Assembly (NCBI GenBank): GCA_965203905.1
Contig: CBDBDQ010000005.1
Span: 736,001-800,000, forward strand
Direction: 5' to 3'
Length of the DNA stretch: 64,000 nt
Source of the DNA: Spirochaetia bacterium
Lineage (GTDB): Bacteria; Spirochaetota; Spirochaetia; SZUA-6; Bin103
The notes below the pieces were generated by a model. That model was not told the DNA's origin, did no database searches, and saw only the letters and a program-made list of their open reading frames with translations. Positions 1 to 9,112 of the stretch are shown here, one piece after another. Position numbers and translations under genes: made by a program. The first letter of the stretch is position 1, and the number at the start of each line of letters is the position of its first letter.

Positions 1-1
1 G

Positions 2-346
2 GTGCGCGGGTTCGGGACGCTGCAGTACTGCATGCAACACGGCATTACGGTGCAGGCCTGGGCGCCGCTCGGTGCAGGGCGACTGGTCCGGGACACCCCC
101 GCCGAGCCGGGTTCCCGTCTGGCCGCGGTGCGCCGTGAGCTGGCAGCGCTGGCGCGCGCTCGCGGGGTGGAGCCGGCTGCGGTCGCCATCGCCTGGATTC
201 TTCGCCACCCGGCACGGATCCAGCCGCTCCTCGGCGCCAGGACCCCGCGGGAGATTCAGGCCGCGGTGCCTGCCGTCGGCCTCGACCTGACGCGTGAGCA
301 ATGGTACCGGCTGTTCAACGCCAGCCGCGGCACCCCCGTGCCGTGA
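2..346 (+). CDS. Aldo/keto reductase, C-terminal part (5' end outside window)
   Basis: QAWAPLGAG, VAIAWILRHPARIQP and LTREQWY match the AKR (YdhF/YcsN-like) C-terminus. Confidence 0.85.
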   Translation: MRGFGTLQYCMQHGITVQAWAPLGAGRLVRDTPAEPGSRLAAVRRELAALARARGVEPAAVAIAWILRHPARIQPLLGARTPREIQAAVPAVGLDLTREQWYRLFNASRGTPVP

Positions 347-1158
347 GGCCCAACCCCCGATCCGGTATTCGCGCGGCACGCAAGCACCTCAAGACGCTGA
401 CCACGGCGGCAGTGCGCTCGCTGGACGACCGCGCCTGGGTACTGGCCGGCGACTTCGGGCTGCGCCTGCTGCGCGTGGTGCTGCTGTTGTCGCTGTGGCG
501 CATCGTGTTGCCGGAGACCGGCGCCACTTCGGGCATGACGCGCGATGCGGTGCTGACCTACACGTTGATCGCCGCCGTCTTCGCCGGCCAGCTCTCGCTC
601 GGCACCGGGATCGAGCTCGCCCTCACGAGCGGCGACATCGCCAACCGGTTTCTGCGGCCGGCAGGCGTCTTCGGCCAGTTCACGGCCGAGATGGTGGGGG
701 CCGGCTTGCGCGACCTGCTGCTGTTCTCGCTGCCGCTGCTCTGCCTCGCGCCTCTGCTGGGCGTGAATCCGCTGCCGGCCGGCGCGGGCGCGGGGCTGCT
801 GTTCGCCTGCAGCCTGGCCCTCGCACTGCTGGTCGCGGCCGCGTTGGACTTCATCTTCGCCAGCATCATGGTGCTGCTGGAGCACAGCGTGTACGCGATG
901 ATGAAGCTTCGCACCGCCATCAGCGCGCTGCTCTCGGGGGCCGTCATCCCGCTCGCTCTGATGCCGTGGGGGATCGGCGACGTATTTGGCTACCTGCCGT
1001 TCGCGGCGCTGGCCTCGGCCCCCCTGCGCATCTACACCGGCACCGGCGAACCCCTGCTCCTGCTCGCGCTGCAGGCGGCGTGGGCGGCCGTACTGTGGCC
1101 GCTCGCGCACCTGCTGTGGAACAGCAACCGCGAGCGGCTGGTCACCCACGGCGGGTAA
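343..1158 (+). CDS. ABC-2 type transporter permease (DUF990 / ABC2_membrane_6-like)
   Basis: About six hydrophobic segments; SGDIANRFLRP and LLSGAVIPLALMP motifs; GTG at 343 overlaps the upstream TGA (GTGA). Confidence 0.85.
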   Translation: MRPNPRSGIRAARKHLKTLTTAAVRSLDDRAWVLAGDFGLRLLRVVLLLSLWRIVLPETGATSGMTRDAVLTYTLIAAVFAGQLSLGTGIELALTSGDIANRFLRPAGVFGQFTAEMVGAGLRDLLLFSLPLLCLAPLLGVNPLPAGAGAGLLFACSLALALLVAAALDFIFASIMVLLEHSVYAMMKLRTAISALLSGAVIPLALMPWGIGDVFGYLPFAALASAPLRIYTGTGEPLLLLALQAAWAAVLWPLAHLLWNSNRERLVTHGG

Positions 1159-1164
1159 CCGGCG

Positions 1165-1998
1165 ATGGCTGTACTGCGGACGCTCGCCGCGCGCTGGCGC
1201 GTGCAGGCGCACCTCGACTTCATGTGGATGACCAAGGATCTGCGCTTCTTCCTGATCAACGTCGTCGCCGACGTGATCCTGAACCTGGCCGGTGTGACCG
1301 CGGTGTTTCTGCTTGCCGAGCGGTTCGGGGGGATCGGCCACTGGTCGCGTGACCAGGTCATCTTCATGCTCGGCTACGCGGCCCTGGTGCGGGGCTTCCT
1401 GGACGTGGGGTTCAGCTACAACGTGCTGCACATCAGCCGCCGCATCGGCCGCGGCCAGCTCGACCACCTGCTGGTGCAGCCGCAGCCGCTGTGGATGGGA
1501 CTGCTGACCGAGGGGTTCATGCCGTTCTCGGGTTGCTGGTCGCTGCTCACCGGTATCGGCATCACCGCCTGGGCGATCTCCCAGTTCGGCACCGGCTTCC
1601 CGGTGCAGTGGTGGCTGTGGTTCGCCGCCAACCTGCTCGCCTCCTGCACCGTGGCGCTGGCGTTCTCGTTCCTGTGGGGCGCGCTGGCGTTCTGGGCGCC
1701 GCTGGCCGCGGAAGAAATCAGCAGCCGTGCGGTCAACTTCCTGTATCAGCTCAAGGCGTTTCCACTGGACGGCTTGAGCGCCGTGGTGCTGACCGGCATG
1801 CTCAGCGTGCTGCCGGTCGGTTTCGTCGCCTGGTATCCGTGCCGCCAACTGCTCGGCATCGCCGCGCCGCAACTCTGGCACACGCCGCTGGTCGCGCTGC
1901 TGTTGACGCTCGCGGCGGTGAACGTGTTCAAGAAGGGGATGGAGCACTATGCAGAGACCGGATCGCAGCGCTACATCGCCTGGGGACATCGCAGTTGA
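1165..1998 (+). CDS. ABC-2 type transporter permease (second subunit)
   Basis: Hydrophobic; RIGRGQLDHLLVQP and LPVGFVAWYP motifs; lies between a permease and an ATPase. Confidence 0.85.
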   Translation: MAVLRTLAARWRVQAHLDFMWMTKDLRFFLINVVADVILNLAGVTAVFLLAERFGGIGHWSRDQVIFMLGYAALVRGFLDVGFSYNVLHISRRIGRGQLDHLLVQPQPLWMGLLTEGFMPFSGCWSLLTGIGITAWAISQFGTGFPVQWWLWFAANLLASCTVALAFSFLWGALAFWAPLAAEEISSRAVNFLYQLKAFPLDGLSAVVLTGMLSVLPVGFVAWYPCRQLLGIAAPQLWHTPLVALLLTLAAVNVFKKGMEHYAETGSQRYIAWGHRS

Positions 1999-2986
1999 GC
2001 TGCGGGAGGTCGACAAGACCTTCTTCCAGCGCCAGCGCTCCGAGCGGTTCCGCGATGTCCTGAAGAACCTGTTCCGGCCCGCGATCCGCGAGATTCATGC
2101 CCTGCGCGGGGTGAACCTGGCGATCCGTCACGGCGAGATCGTCGCCTACGCGGGGCCCAACGGCGCCGGCAAGTCCACCACGGTGAAGCTGCTCTCCAGC
2201 GTGCTGGCACCGACCGCCGGCACCGTGCGCTGCCTCGGCATGGACCCGCTCAAGGAGCGCGTAAGGTACGTGCGCCGCATCGGCGTGGTGTTCGGCCAGC
2301 GCACCGAGCTGTGGTGGGACCAGCCGGTGGCGGCCAGCTTCGAGTGGAAGCGGGTGGTGTGGGAGATCCCGCGCCCCCGTTATGCGGCGATGCTCGAATT
2401 CGTCAAGGAGCTGCTCGGCATCGGCGAATTCTTCCACACCCTGGCGCGACAACTCAGCCTGGGCCAGAAGATGCGCGCCGACATCGCGCTGATGCTGCTG
2501 CACGAGCCGGAGATCCTGTTCCTCGACGAGCCCACCATCGGTCTCGACGTGCTCGCCAAGCGCAACATCCTCGACTTCATCAAGACCCTCAACCGCGAAC
2601 GCGGCGTCACCGTGATGCTCACCAGCCACGACATGGACGAGCTGGAGCAACTGGCGGGGCGCATCGTGCTGATCGACCGCGGCCGCATCGCCTACGACGG
2701 TGACTTCGTGGAACTGCGCCGCCGCTTCGGCGACCGCCGCCACCTCACCATCGAAACCGGCGCCGCCGACCCGCCCCGCCTCACGGGCGTCCGGTTCACC
2801 GGCAGCGACGGCAACCGCCACCACTTCACCTTCGACGCCGCCCGCACCCAAATCACCGCCCTGCTGCAGCAGGCGTCGACCCAGACCGCCATCCACGACG
2901 TGGAAACCCACCGTTCCCGCATCGACGACGTGATCGCCGACATCTACCAGGACTGGGACAGGAATCGAAGAGCGCCGCCGGAGTAA
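1949..2986 (+). CDS. ABC-2 exporter ATP-binding protein
   Basis: Walker A GPNGAGKST, signature LSLGQ, Walker B LFLDEPT, H-loop TSH. Confidence 0.95.
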   Translation: MQRPDRSATSPGDIAVELREVDKTFFQRQRSERFRDVLKNLFRPAIREIHALRGVNLAIRHGEIVAYAGPNGAGKSTTVKLLSSVLAPTAGTVRCLGMDPLKERVRYVRRIGVVFGQRTELWWDQPVAASFEWKRVVWEIPRPRYAAMLEFVKELLGIGEFFHTLARQLSLGQKMRADIALMLLHEPEILFLDEPTIGLDVLAKRNILDFIKTLNRERGVTVMLTSHDMDELEQLAGRIVLIDRGRIAYDGDFVELRRRFGDRRHLTIETGAADPPRLTGVRFTGSDGNRHHFTFDAARTQITALLQQASTQTAIHDVETHRSRIDDVIADIYQDWDRNRRAPPE

Positions 2987-3138
2987 GAAAACGGCCACGG
3001 GAAACGCTGCTCCCGTGGCCGCTTGATTGCCCGCTGCGGGCTCAGATCCGGGCCTGGTTCAGTAGCCCATCTCCTGCTTCATGTTCTGATCGATCCACAC
3101 CCAGCCGGAAGCCTCCAGCCACGTGTTGGTGCTCGCGA
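2973..3138. repeat. Imperfect direct repeat, copy 1 (binding-protein 3' end plus terminator)
   Basis: Aligns by eye with 4855-5021. Confidence 0.9.
2992..3021 (-). terminator. Intrinsic terminator between convergent genes
   Basis: 11-bp perfect stem CGGCCACGGGA / TCCCGTGGCCG with 8-nt loop, followed by a T-run on the minus strand. Confidence 0.75.
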
Positions 3139-4771
3139 TGTAGGACTCGCCGTAATAGTTCTGAATCCACGGCCACCAGAAGCGGCCCTGCACCTTGACC
3201 GCCTGCGGAATGGCGATCGCCTCGTTCAGCAGGTAGATCGAGGCTTCCTTGATCATCTCGTTGCGCTTGGCCGGATCCAGCTCCTTCACCAGCTCCTCCA
3301 CCATCGCGTCGAACTGGGGATCGGACCAGTCGGTGTAGTTGCGGGTGTGTCCGGTGGTGAACCGCGGCAGCGTGGTCACCGGGCAGCCGCCGCAGTGGCC
3401 CTGCCGGATGGCCCCATTGTAGGTGCGGTCGCGCGCGTTCCCGCTCCACAATGCAATCTCGAAGCCCTGCAGGTTGACCGTGACGCCGATCTTCTCCCAC
3501 TGGTCCTTGAGCAGCGCCCCGTCGGTCATGAACTCCGGCCAGCTTATGGTGGTGTAGTCGATGGTGAAGCCGTTCGGGTAGCCGGCGTCGGCGAGCATCT
3601 GCTTCGCCTTCTCCGGGTTGTAGTCGTACAGCATGCGCGTCTCTTCCGGCAACTCGTCAATCGGCGTATAGGACGGCATGATCGGGTCGACCGGGAACCA
3701 GTGGGTCGGCAGCTCCAGGTCGCCCGCCTGGCGCAGCTTCTGGAAGCCGGTCAGGTCGGTGCCGACCATCATGGCGCGGCGCACGTCGCGGTTGTCGAAC
3801 GGCGGTTCGGTGGTCTTCAGGTAGGCGGTCGATCCGAACGAGATCGGAAACCGGTGCGATTGCAGCTCGGGCGCCGTCTCGTCCAGCGTCTGCCAGTGCA
3901 CGGCGAACACCGAGCTGGCCATGTCGGCCTTGCCGGTGCGCAGCGCGGCCACCATCGACGCCTCGTCGGCGATGATCGGGACGATCACCTTGTCCACAAA
4001 CGGGAGCTGATACTCCTGGCCTTCAATCGTGGTGGTGTCCCAGTAGTTGGGGTTGCGCTCGTAGGTCATGTGGGAATCGATCTCGTAGCCGCCGAACATG
4101 AACGGTCCGGTACCTACCTGGTTCTCCAACTTGTCCATGCCCGCCGCCTCCATCTCAGGGGGCGAGATGCCGGTGGTCCCGCCAAGCGTCAGGATGTCCA
4201 GCATGCCGACGTCGAGCTCGGTGAACTCGATCACCAGGGTGTAGCGGTCGGTGGCGGTGATGTCGCCGGACACACCCTTGAAGCGCGCTCCGGCGGGCGC
4301 CTCGCGGTAGTACTTCAGGTCGGCGACTACGTCTTCGGCGACCATCTCGCGATTCTCCATGTAGTCGACGTTGTCCGCGGCCCACATCACGCCCTTGCGC
4401 AGGTGCCAGGTTTGTTGCTCCGGCGTGACTTCCCAGCTCTCCAGCAGCAGTCCGCGCGCGTACTTGTCGGGCAGAGGGCCGACCAGGGTAAAGGGATACT
4501 CGCCGGTGCCCTTGGGGCCGTACTTCTCATGGTCGCCGATGCGCGGCCGTTCCTGGATCAAGGTGAGAAAGTGCGTTGTGTGACCCTGGCCGTCAGCCGG
4601 GTCGGGGCTCTCGGGACCGAACCCGAAGGCACCGCCGACCGCGGTCAGGGTGCCCCCGTACTGCGGGCCGTCGGTGCCCGCCGCCATCTCGCTGTCCTGC
4701 TCTCCTGCCGCGGAGAGCAACATCGCCGCGGCGGTGATGAGCACCACGGCGATTCCATAGGTCTTGTTCAT
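3059..4771 (-). CDS. Family-5 ABC substrate-binding protein (Dpp/Opp-type)
   Basis: Signal peptide MNKTYGIAVVLITAAAMLLSAAG; PQYGGTL, VGTGPF, ERNPNYW, PFDNRDVRRAM and YDYNPEKAKQMLADAGYPNGF motifs; AGGAGG RBS. Confidence 0.95.
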   Translation of the reverse strand: MNKTYGIAVVLITAAAMLLSAAGEQDSEMAAGTDGPQYGGTLTAVGGAFGFGPESPDPADGQGHTTHFLTLIQERPRIGDHEKYGPKGTGEYPFTLVGPLPDKYARGLLLESWEVTPEQQTWHLRKGVMWAADNVDYMENREMVAEDVVADLKYYREAPAGARFKGVSGDITATDRYTLVIEFTELDVGMLDILTLGGTTGISPPEMEAAGMDKLENQVGTGPFMFGGYEIDSHMTYERNPNYWDTTTIEGQEYQLPFVDKVIVPIIADEASMVAALRTGKADMASSVFAVHWQTLDETAPELQSHRFPISFGSTAYLKTTEPPFDNRDVRRAMMVGTDLTGFQKLRQAGDLELPTHWFPVDPIMPSYTPIDELPEETRMLYDYNPEKAKQMLADAGYPNGFTIDYTTISWPEFMTDGALLKDQWEKIGVTVNLQGFEIALWSGNARDRTYNGAIRQGHCGGCPVTTLPRFTTGHTRNYTDWSDPQFDAMVEELVKELDPAKRNEMIKEASIYLLNEAIAIPQAVKVQGRFWWPWIQNYYGESYIASTNTWLEASGWVWIDQNMKQEMGY

Positions 4772-4854
4772 GCAATACCTCCTGTTGGATTGCGACCGAA
4801 ACGGCCGCACGGGGCAGGCTACCGGTGCCCGCGCCTCCTGTCAAATATAAGGAA

Positions 4855-5021
4855 CGCCGCCGGAGTAAGAAAAGACGGCCACGAGATCCGCTCCCGTGGC
4901 CGCATGATTGCCCGACTCAGGCCTCAGATCCGGGCTTGGCTCAGTAGCCCATCTCCTGCTTCAGCTTCTGGTCGATCCACCACCCAGCCGGAAGCCTCCA
5001 GCCAGGTGTTGGTGCTTGCGA
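4855..5021. repeat. Imperfect direct repeat, copy 2
   Basis: Same block as 2973-3138, including the hairpin at 4876-4902. Confidence 0.9.
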
Positions 5022-5025
5022 CGAA
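4941..5025 (-). pseudogene. 3' remnant of a paralogous substrate-binding protein gene
   Basis: Reads FVASTNTWLEASGWV-(+1 nt)-WIDQKLKQEMGY* versus YIASTNTWLEASGWVWIDQNMKQEMGY* in the intact gene. Confidence 0.85.
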
Positions 5026-5053
5026 TCCCACGCCAACTGAACCGTGCCCACTT

Positions 5054-5383
5054 CTACCTCTGGCGCAAGGACAATCGCTCAGCAGCCAAGCGATTCATGC
5101 TGACGCCGGATTCCGCGGCGTCCAGGGCAAGAGCACGGTGGGACTCGGGCGGAATACGAATCGTGAGCGTGCCGCTGTAGCGCCGAGTGGAAAGCGGCTC
5201 GGGGACGGGAGCGCCCCTCTTGCGCAAGTCATCCACGCAGAAGGCCACCAGGTCGCGGATACCGGCAAAAGCCTTTTCCGGAGTGTCGGCCAGATGGCTG
5301 AGCAACGAGAACTCAGCGCACAGCCCAACGTATTCCTCGTCCTCCTCGGACCACATGACGCGATAGGTGTAGCGATCCATCAT
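5054..5383 (-). CDS. hicB: HicB-family antitoxin
   Basis: YTYRVMWSEEDEEYVGLCAEF N-domain and YSGTLTIRIPPESHRALALDAAESGVSMN ribbon-helix-helix; GGAGG RBS. Confidence 0.9.
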   Translation of the reverse strand: MMDRYTYRVMWSEEDEEYVGLCAEFSLLSHLADTPEKAFAGIRDLVAFCVDDLRKRGAPVPEPLSTRRYSGTLTIRIPPESHRALALDAAESGVSMNRLAAERLSLRQR

Positions 5384-5441
5384 TGCACCTCCTCCAGCTT
5401 GTCGACAGCCTTGAGCACTTGGCGGATCTGAAGGGCTTGGC
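5380..5441 (-). pseudogene. C-terminal remnant of HicA toxin
   Basis: AKP-(frameshift)-QIRQVLKAVDKLEEVQ* resembles the HicA ending AKPYQVRQVL; stop overlaps the hicB start (ATGA). Confidence 0.7.
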
Positions 5442-5444
5442 CGG

Positions 5445-6383
5445 TCAGCGCTTGAACTTGGTGCGGCGCGCCATCCTGACCACCTTGGCGCCGAACCGCC
5501 CCACGCCGCCGCGCAGCTTGGGATCGAGAATGTCGCGCGCCGCGTCGCCGAACATGTTGGTTCCATACACCACGGTGGCCAGGGCGAGACCCGGCCACAG
5601 CACCGTCCACGGCGCCACGAACATGAACTCGCGGCTGCGCCCGCTGAGCATGGCGCCCCAACTGGGAAACGGCGGCTGGATCCCGAAGCCGAGGAAACTG
5701 AGGCTGGCCTCGGAGAGAATGATCGCAGGGACGCGCAACGTGAGCAGGATCACCGCCGGCGCCAGCACGTTGGGAAGGATGTGGCGCAGCAGGACGCGGC
5801 TGGTGCGCCCGCCGATCGCCGACGCCGCCGTCACGTAGGCATCCTCCTTGGTGCTGAGCACGGCACCGCGGATGATGCGCGAGCCCGTGATGCCCCCCGC
5901 CAAGCCGAGCACCACAATGATCGACACCATCCCACCGCCCAAAAACGCGATGATCACCATCAGCACGATCAGGTCCGGCAGCGACATCCAGGCATCGACC
6001 AGCCGCTGGACCAGCAGGTCGAACGTGCCGCCCAGGTAACCCGATATGAGGCCGATCAGCACGGAGATCAGCGTGGCCAGAGTGGCGCCGGACAGGCCCA
6101 CGATCATCGACACCCGGGCGCCGTAGATGACTCGGGAGAGCACGTCCCGGCCGAGGTCGTCGGTGCCGAGCCAGTTGCTGTCGGACGGCGCCTCCAGCGG
6201 CTGCTCCATGTTGGTCTCGTTCATCCCGTAGGGGGCGAGCACGTCGGCGAAGATCCCCACCAGCAGGAGCAGCGCGGTGATCGCCGCGCCCACCGTACCC
6301 AGTGGTTTCTCCTTGACGATGCGCCGGAAGAAGGTGACCACGGCCGAGCGGCGTACGGACTGCGGCGCCCCGATGCCACTCAT
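5445..6383 (-). CDS. Dpp/Opp ABC permease (DppC-like)
   Basis: WLGTDDLGRDVLSRVIYGARVS, ILSEASLSFLGFG and NMFGDAARDILDPK motifs. Confidence 0.95.
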   Translation of the reverse strand: MSGIGAPQSVRRSAVVTFFRRIVKEKPLGTVGAAITALLLLVGIFADVLAPYGMNETNMEQPLEAPSDSNWLGTDDLGRDVLSRVIYGARVSMIVGLSGATLATLISVLIGLISGYLGGTFDLLVQRLVDAWMSLPDLIVLMVIIAFLGGGMVSIIVVLGLAGGITGSRIIRGAVLSTKEDAYVTAASAIGGRTSRVLLRHILPNVLAPAVILLTLRVPAIILSEASLSFLGFGIQPPFPSWGAMLSGRSREFMFVAPWTVLWPGLALATVVYGTNMFGDAARDILDPKLRGGVGRFGAKVVRMARRTKFKR

Positions 6384-7369
6384 GAGGTTCGGACTCTCGG
6401 ATCCAGGAAGCCGTAGGTGAGATCCACCAGCAGGTTGATCAGCATCAGACCGAAGCTGAAGAACAGCATGATGCCGCTCACCACCGGGTAGTCACGCACC
6501 AGCAGCGACTCCACGATGAGGCGGCCCATGCCGGGCAGCATGAAGATCTGCTCGATGATCACCGTGCCGCCGATCAGGATCGGTATCTGCAGGCCGACGA
6601 TGGTGATCACGGGTATGAAGGCGTTCTTGAGGGCATGCCGGCTCACCACCAGGGCCTCGGCCAACCCCTTCGCCCACGCCGTCCTGATGTAGTCGTTGCG
6701 GATCACCTCCAGGGTCATGGTCCTGGTCATGCGCATGGTGCCGCCGGCCATGGCCAGCGCCAGCACGATCGCCGGCACGATGAACATCTTGAGGTTGCCC
6801 ATCGGGTCGTCGGCGAACTTGATCAGCCAGATGGAGGGCATGTAGCCCCACCAGATCGAAGGGTAGACGATCACCAGCGTCGCCAGCCAGAAACCGGGCA
6901 CCGAGATCGACAGGATCGCGAAGCTGCGCCCCACGTAGTCGCCCCAGGTGTCCTGCCGCAAGGCCGAGTACACCCCGATCGGAATGGCGATGAGCTGCGC
7001 AATCACCAGGCCCATCAGCCCCAGCTCGATGGTCACCGGCATCTTCTTGAACAACAGCTCGGTGACCGACAGGCGCTGCCGCCAGGAGACGCCGAAGTCG
7101 GCCTGCAGCACGCCGCTGACGTTGCCGTCCACCTGCGGGGCGATGCCGAGAAAGCGGGCGTACTGCACGATAAGCGGTGCGTCGAGGCCAAGCTTGCGCT
7201 CCAGTTGTTCGCGGTCGAGTTCGATTTCATCGGCCGACTCGGACAACTGGGCGATCATCACGTCGATGACGTCGCCGGGCACCAGGCGCATCAGCAGAAA
7301 GACGATCACGCTGATCAGAAACGCCGTCGGGATCATCAGCAGCAGACGGCGGACTATGTATGCGCGCAA
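6380..7369 (-). CDS. Dpp/Opp ABC permease (DppB-like)
   Basis: YIVRRLL, DYIRTAWAKGL, RDYPVVSG and YGFLDPRVR motifs; TTG start. Confidence 0.95.
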   Translation of the reverse strand: MRAYIVRRLLLMIPTAFLISVIVFLLMRLVPGDVIDVMIAQLSESADEIELDREQLERKLGLDAPLIVQYARFLGIAPQVDGNVSGVLQADFGVSWRQRLSVTELLFKKMPVTIELGLMGLVIAQLIAIPIGVYSALRQDTWGDYVGRSFAILSISVPGFWLATLVIVYPSIWWGYMPSIWLIKFADDPMGNLKMFIVPAIVLALAMAGGTMRMTRTMTLEVIRNDYIRTAWAKGLAEALVVSRHALKNAFIPVITIVGLQIPILIGGTVIIEQIFMLPGMGRLIVESLLVRDYPVVSGIMLFFSFGLMLINLLVDLTYGFLDPRVRTS

Positions 7370-7437
7370 CCTTCCATCCTTCCTTTCGCGACTGGCAGGC
7401 CGATCTTAGCAGCGGGCAATGCGGCGCACAACCACGG

Positions 7438-8853
7438 TCAGCGGCACCCGTGGGAGGAGCCTGCAGCGGAGCTGCGCGCGAAGCTGAACGAGTAGAGGCG
7501 GGCGCCGTTGAGCGTGAACCGGAGGCGGATGGTGCGGTCCGAGATCGCCTCTGCGGGCGGATCGCTCCAGGCCACGGCCCCGTCCGTAACGGTGCGGGTC
7601 ACCTGCCCGTGGGCCAGGACGCGGCTTGTCTCCGGTTCCAGCACGGCGACGGCGATCGAGCCGATCGGGGCCAGGTCGGCAGTGACGCGCAGCGGGGCGC
7701 CGCTCCACGCGAGCGGGGCGGTCACCACGGTGGCGGCGTGATCGCCGCTGACCTGCTCGTAGCAGGCGAACCCGTCCGGCCGCAACGTAGCCAGGCACAG
7801 GTAGCCGTCGCGCCAGCTCGTGTGCTGGAAGTTGCTGGCCCCGTAGTAGAGCCGGATCTCGTCCGGCAGGGTCACCGGGCAGGCGGCGGCGTAGGCGCAG
7901 CCCCAGTCGTAGCTGCCGACCAGTCCGCCATTGGCGATGAGCGGCGATCCGGGGCAGACGCGGTGCCACGCAACCGTGTCGGGGCTCCAGGCGAGCTCGG
8001 TGCACACCTGGTCGGTGCGCTGGTTGTGGATCGCCGGCAGCCCCAGGTAGAGATTGCCGTGGCGGAACACCGGCATGGAGTAGATCTGCAGGTTCTCGTC
8101 GCTGCCCTCCAGGACGGCGCTGGCCGGGCTCCAGTTCACGAAGTCGTTGCTCGCGGTGCGGCCTACCTGGCGCGGCGGCCACGCGCCGCGGATGCCGTCG
8201 ACCTCGGCGGCACCGGCGGTACGCGGGTCGCGCAGCCGCGTGAAGCCCACGTATTCGCCGCGGTCCTCCGCCCACAGGGCGTTGTAGTGGGTGCCGTCCA
8301 CCTGGTACGGGTTGACGGCGGGACAGGGCAGGAACCGGCTCCACCGGATGCCGTCCGCCGAAAACGCCACCGCCTGCTCCTGCTCACCGAGCGAGGTGAA
8401 CATCTTGTAGCGCCGGGAAGGGTCGGTCTCGCGCGCATCCTTGTGTATCCCGGCGCCGTGCGGACCGCGCAGCACGATGTTGTTGGCCCGGCTGCCCCGG
8501 TAGTCGACCAGGCCAAGCTCAGGCTTCTCCCATGCTATGCCGTCGCGCGAGGTGGCGTAGCAGAGCGCCATCTCGCGGTCGGGCGGACCGTGGTAGAGCG
8601 TGTCCTGACGCTGTTCGAGGGTCATGCCGTGCGATCGATGGTCGATGCAGAACGGGCTGTACCAGCATTGGTACAGATTCTTTTCCGCATCCCACAGCAC
8701 GTTGGGATAGAGGTTGTCGAAGCGCATCTCCCACGGCCGGTCCTCGCCGAACAGCGGGTTGGCAGCGCTCTTCGCCGCGGCCGTGACCTTCAGCCGCGCG
8801 TTGTCGCTGCGGTCGATCACCCGTGTATCAAGCACCAGGTGACGTTCTTCCAT
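7438..8853 (-). CDS. Uncharacterised five-bladed beta-propeller glycosidase-like protein (GH32/43/130-like)
   Basis: Repeated ATSRDGIAW, FSADGIRW, ASNDFVNW and AWSPDTVAW blade motifs; no signal peptide; start could be 8874. Confidence 0.65.
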   Translation of the reverse strand: MEERHLVLDTRVIDRSDNARLKVTAAAKSAANPLFGEDRPWEMRFDNLYPNVLWDAEKNLYQCWYSPFCIDHRSHGMTLEQRQDTLYHGPPDREMALCYATSRDGIAWEKPELGLVDYRGSRANNIVLRGPHGAGIHKDARETDPSRRYKMFTSLGEQEQAVAFSADGIRWSRFLPCPAVNPYQVDGTHYNALWAEDRGEYVGFTRLRDPRTAGAAEVDGIRGAWPPRQVGRTASNDFVNWSPASAVLEGSDENLQIYSMPVFRHGNLYLGLPAIHNQRTDQVCTELAWSPDTVAWHRVCPGSPLIANGGLVGSYDWGCAYAAACPVTLPDEIRLYYGASNFQHTSWRDGYLCLATLRPDGFACYEQVSGDHAATVVTAPLAWSGAPLRVTADLAPIGSIAVAVLEPETSRVLAHGQVTRTVTDGAVAWSDPPAEAISDRTIRLRFTLNGARLYSFSFARSSAAGSSHGCR

Positions 8854-9000
8854 TCCTGTGCTCACATCGGACATGACGCGATGACTACGCTGGTGTCCAG
8901 GACGGTCACGTGCGCCAGTTGGCCCTTACCTCGGCCAGACGGCGGGCTTCCACCGCTGCCGCTTGCGCATTGAGTGAGCCGCGAACGCGGGCAATAGTAG

Positions 9001-9030
9001 TGCGCATGCGAATGACATACCGCATGCACA
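9001..9030. promoter_or_regulatory. Inverted-repeat operator candidate between divergent glycosidase-like genes
   Basis: TGCGCATGCG-N10-CGCATGCACA, arms complementary at 9 of 10 positions. Confidence 0.4.
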
Positions 9031-9112
9031 CACGTGGATGCAAATCGCTTCGAAATCAGCGCGTCCTCGGCACGGCCCCGGTCCCCTGGGACGCAGGGGA
9101 GAGAGCGAGCAG

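Noticed and set aside
256-2016. 586-aa minus-strand ORF and similar long ORFs (3023-5431, 7360-8973, 9056-10771, 25787-27790, 42920-45430, 53788-55758)
   Set aside because: Antisense shadows of well-supported genes; stop codons are rare in high-GC DNA and the translations lack family motifs
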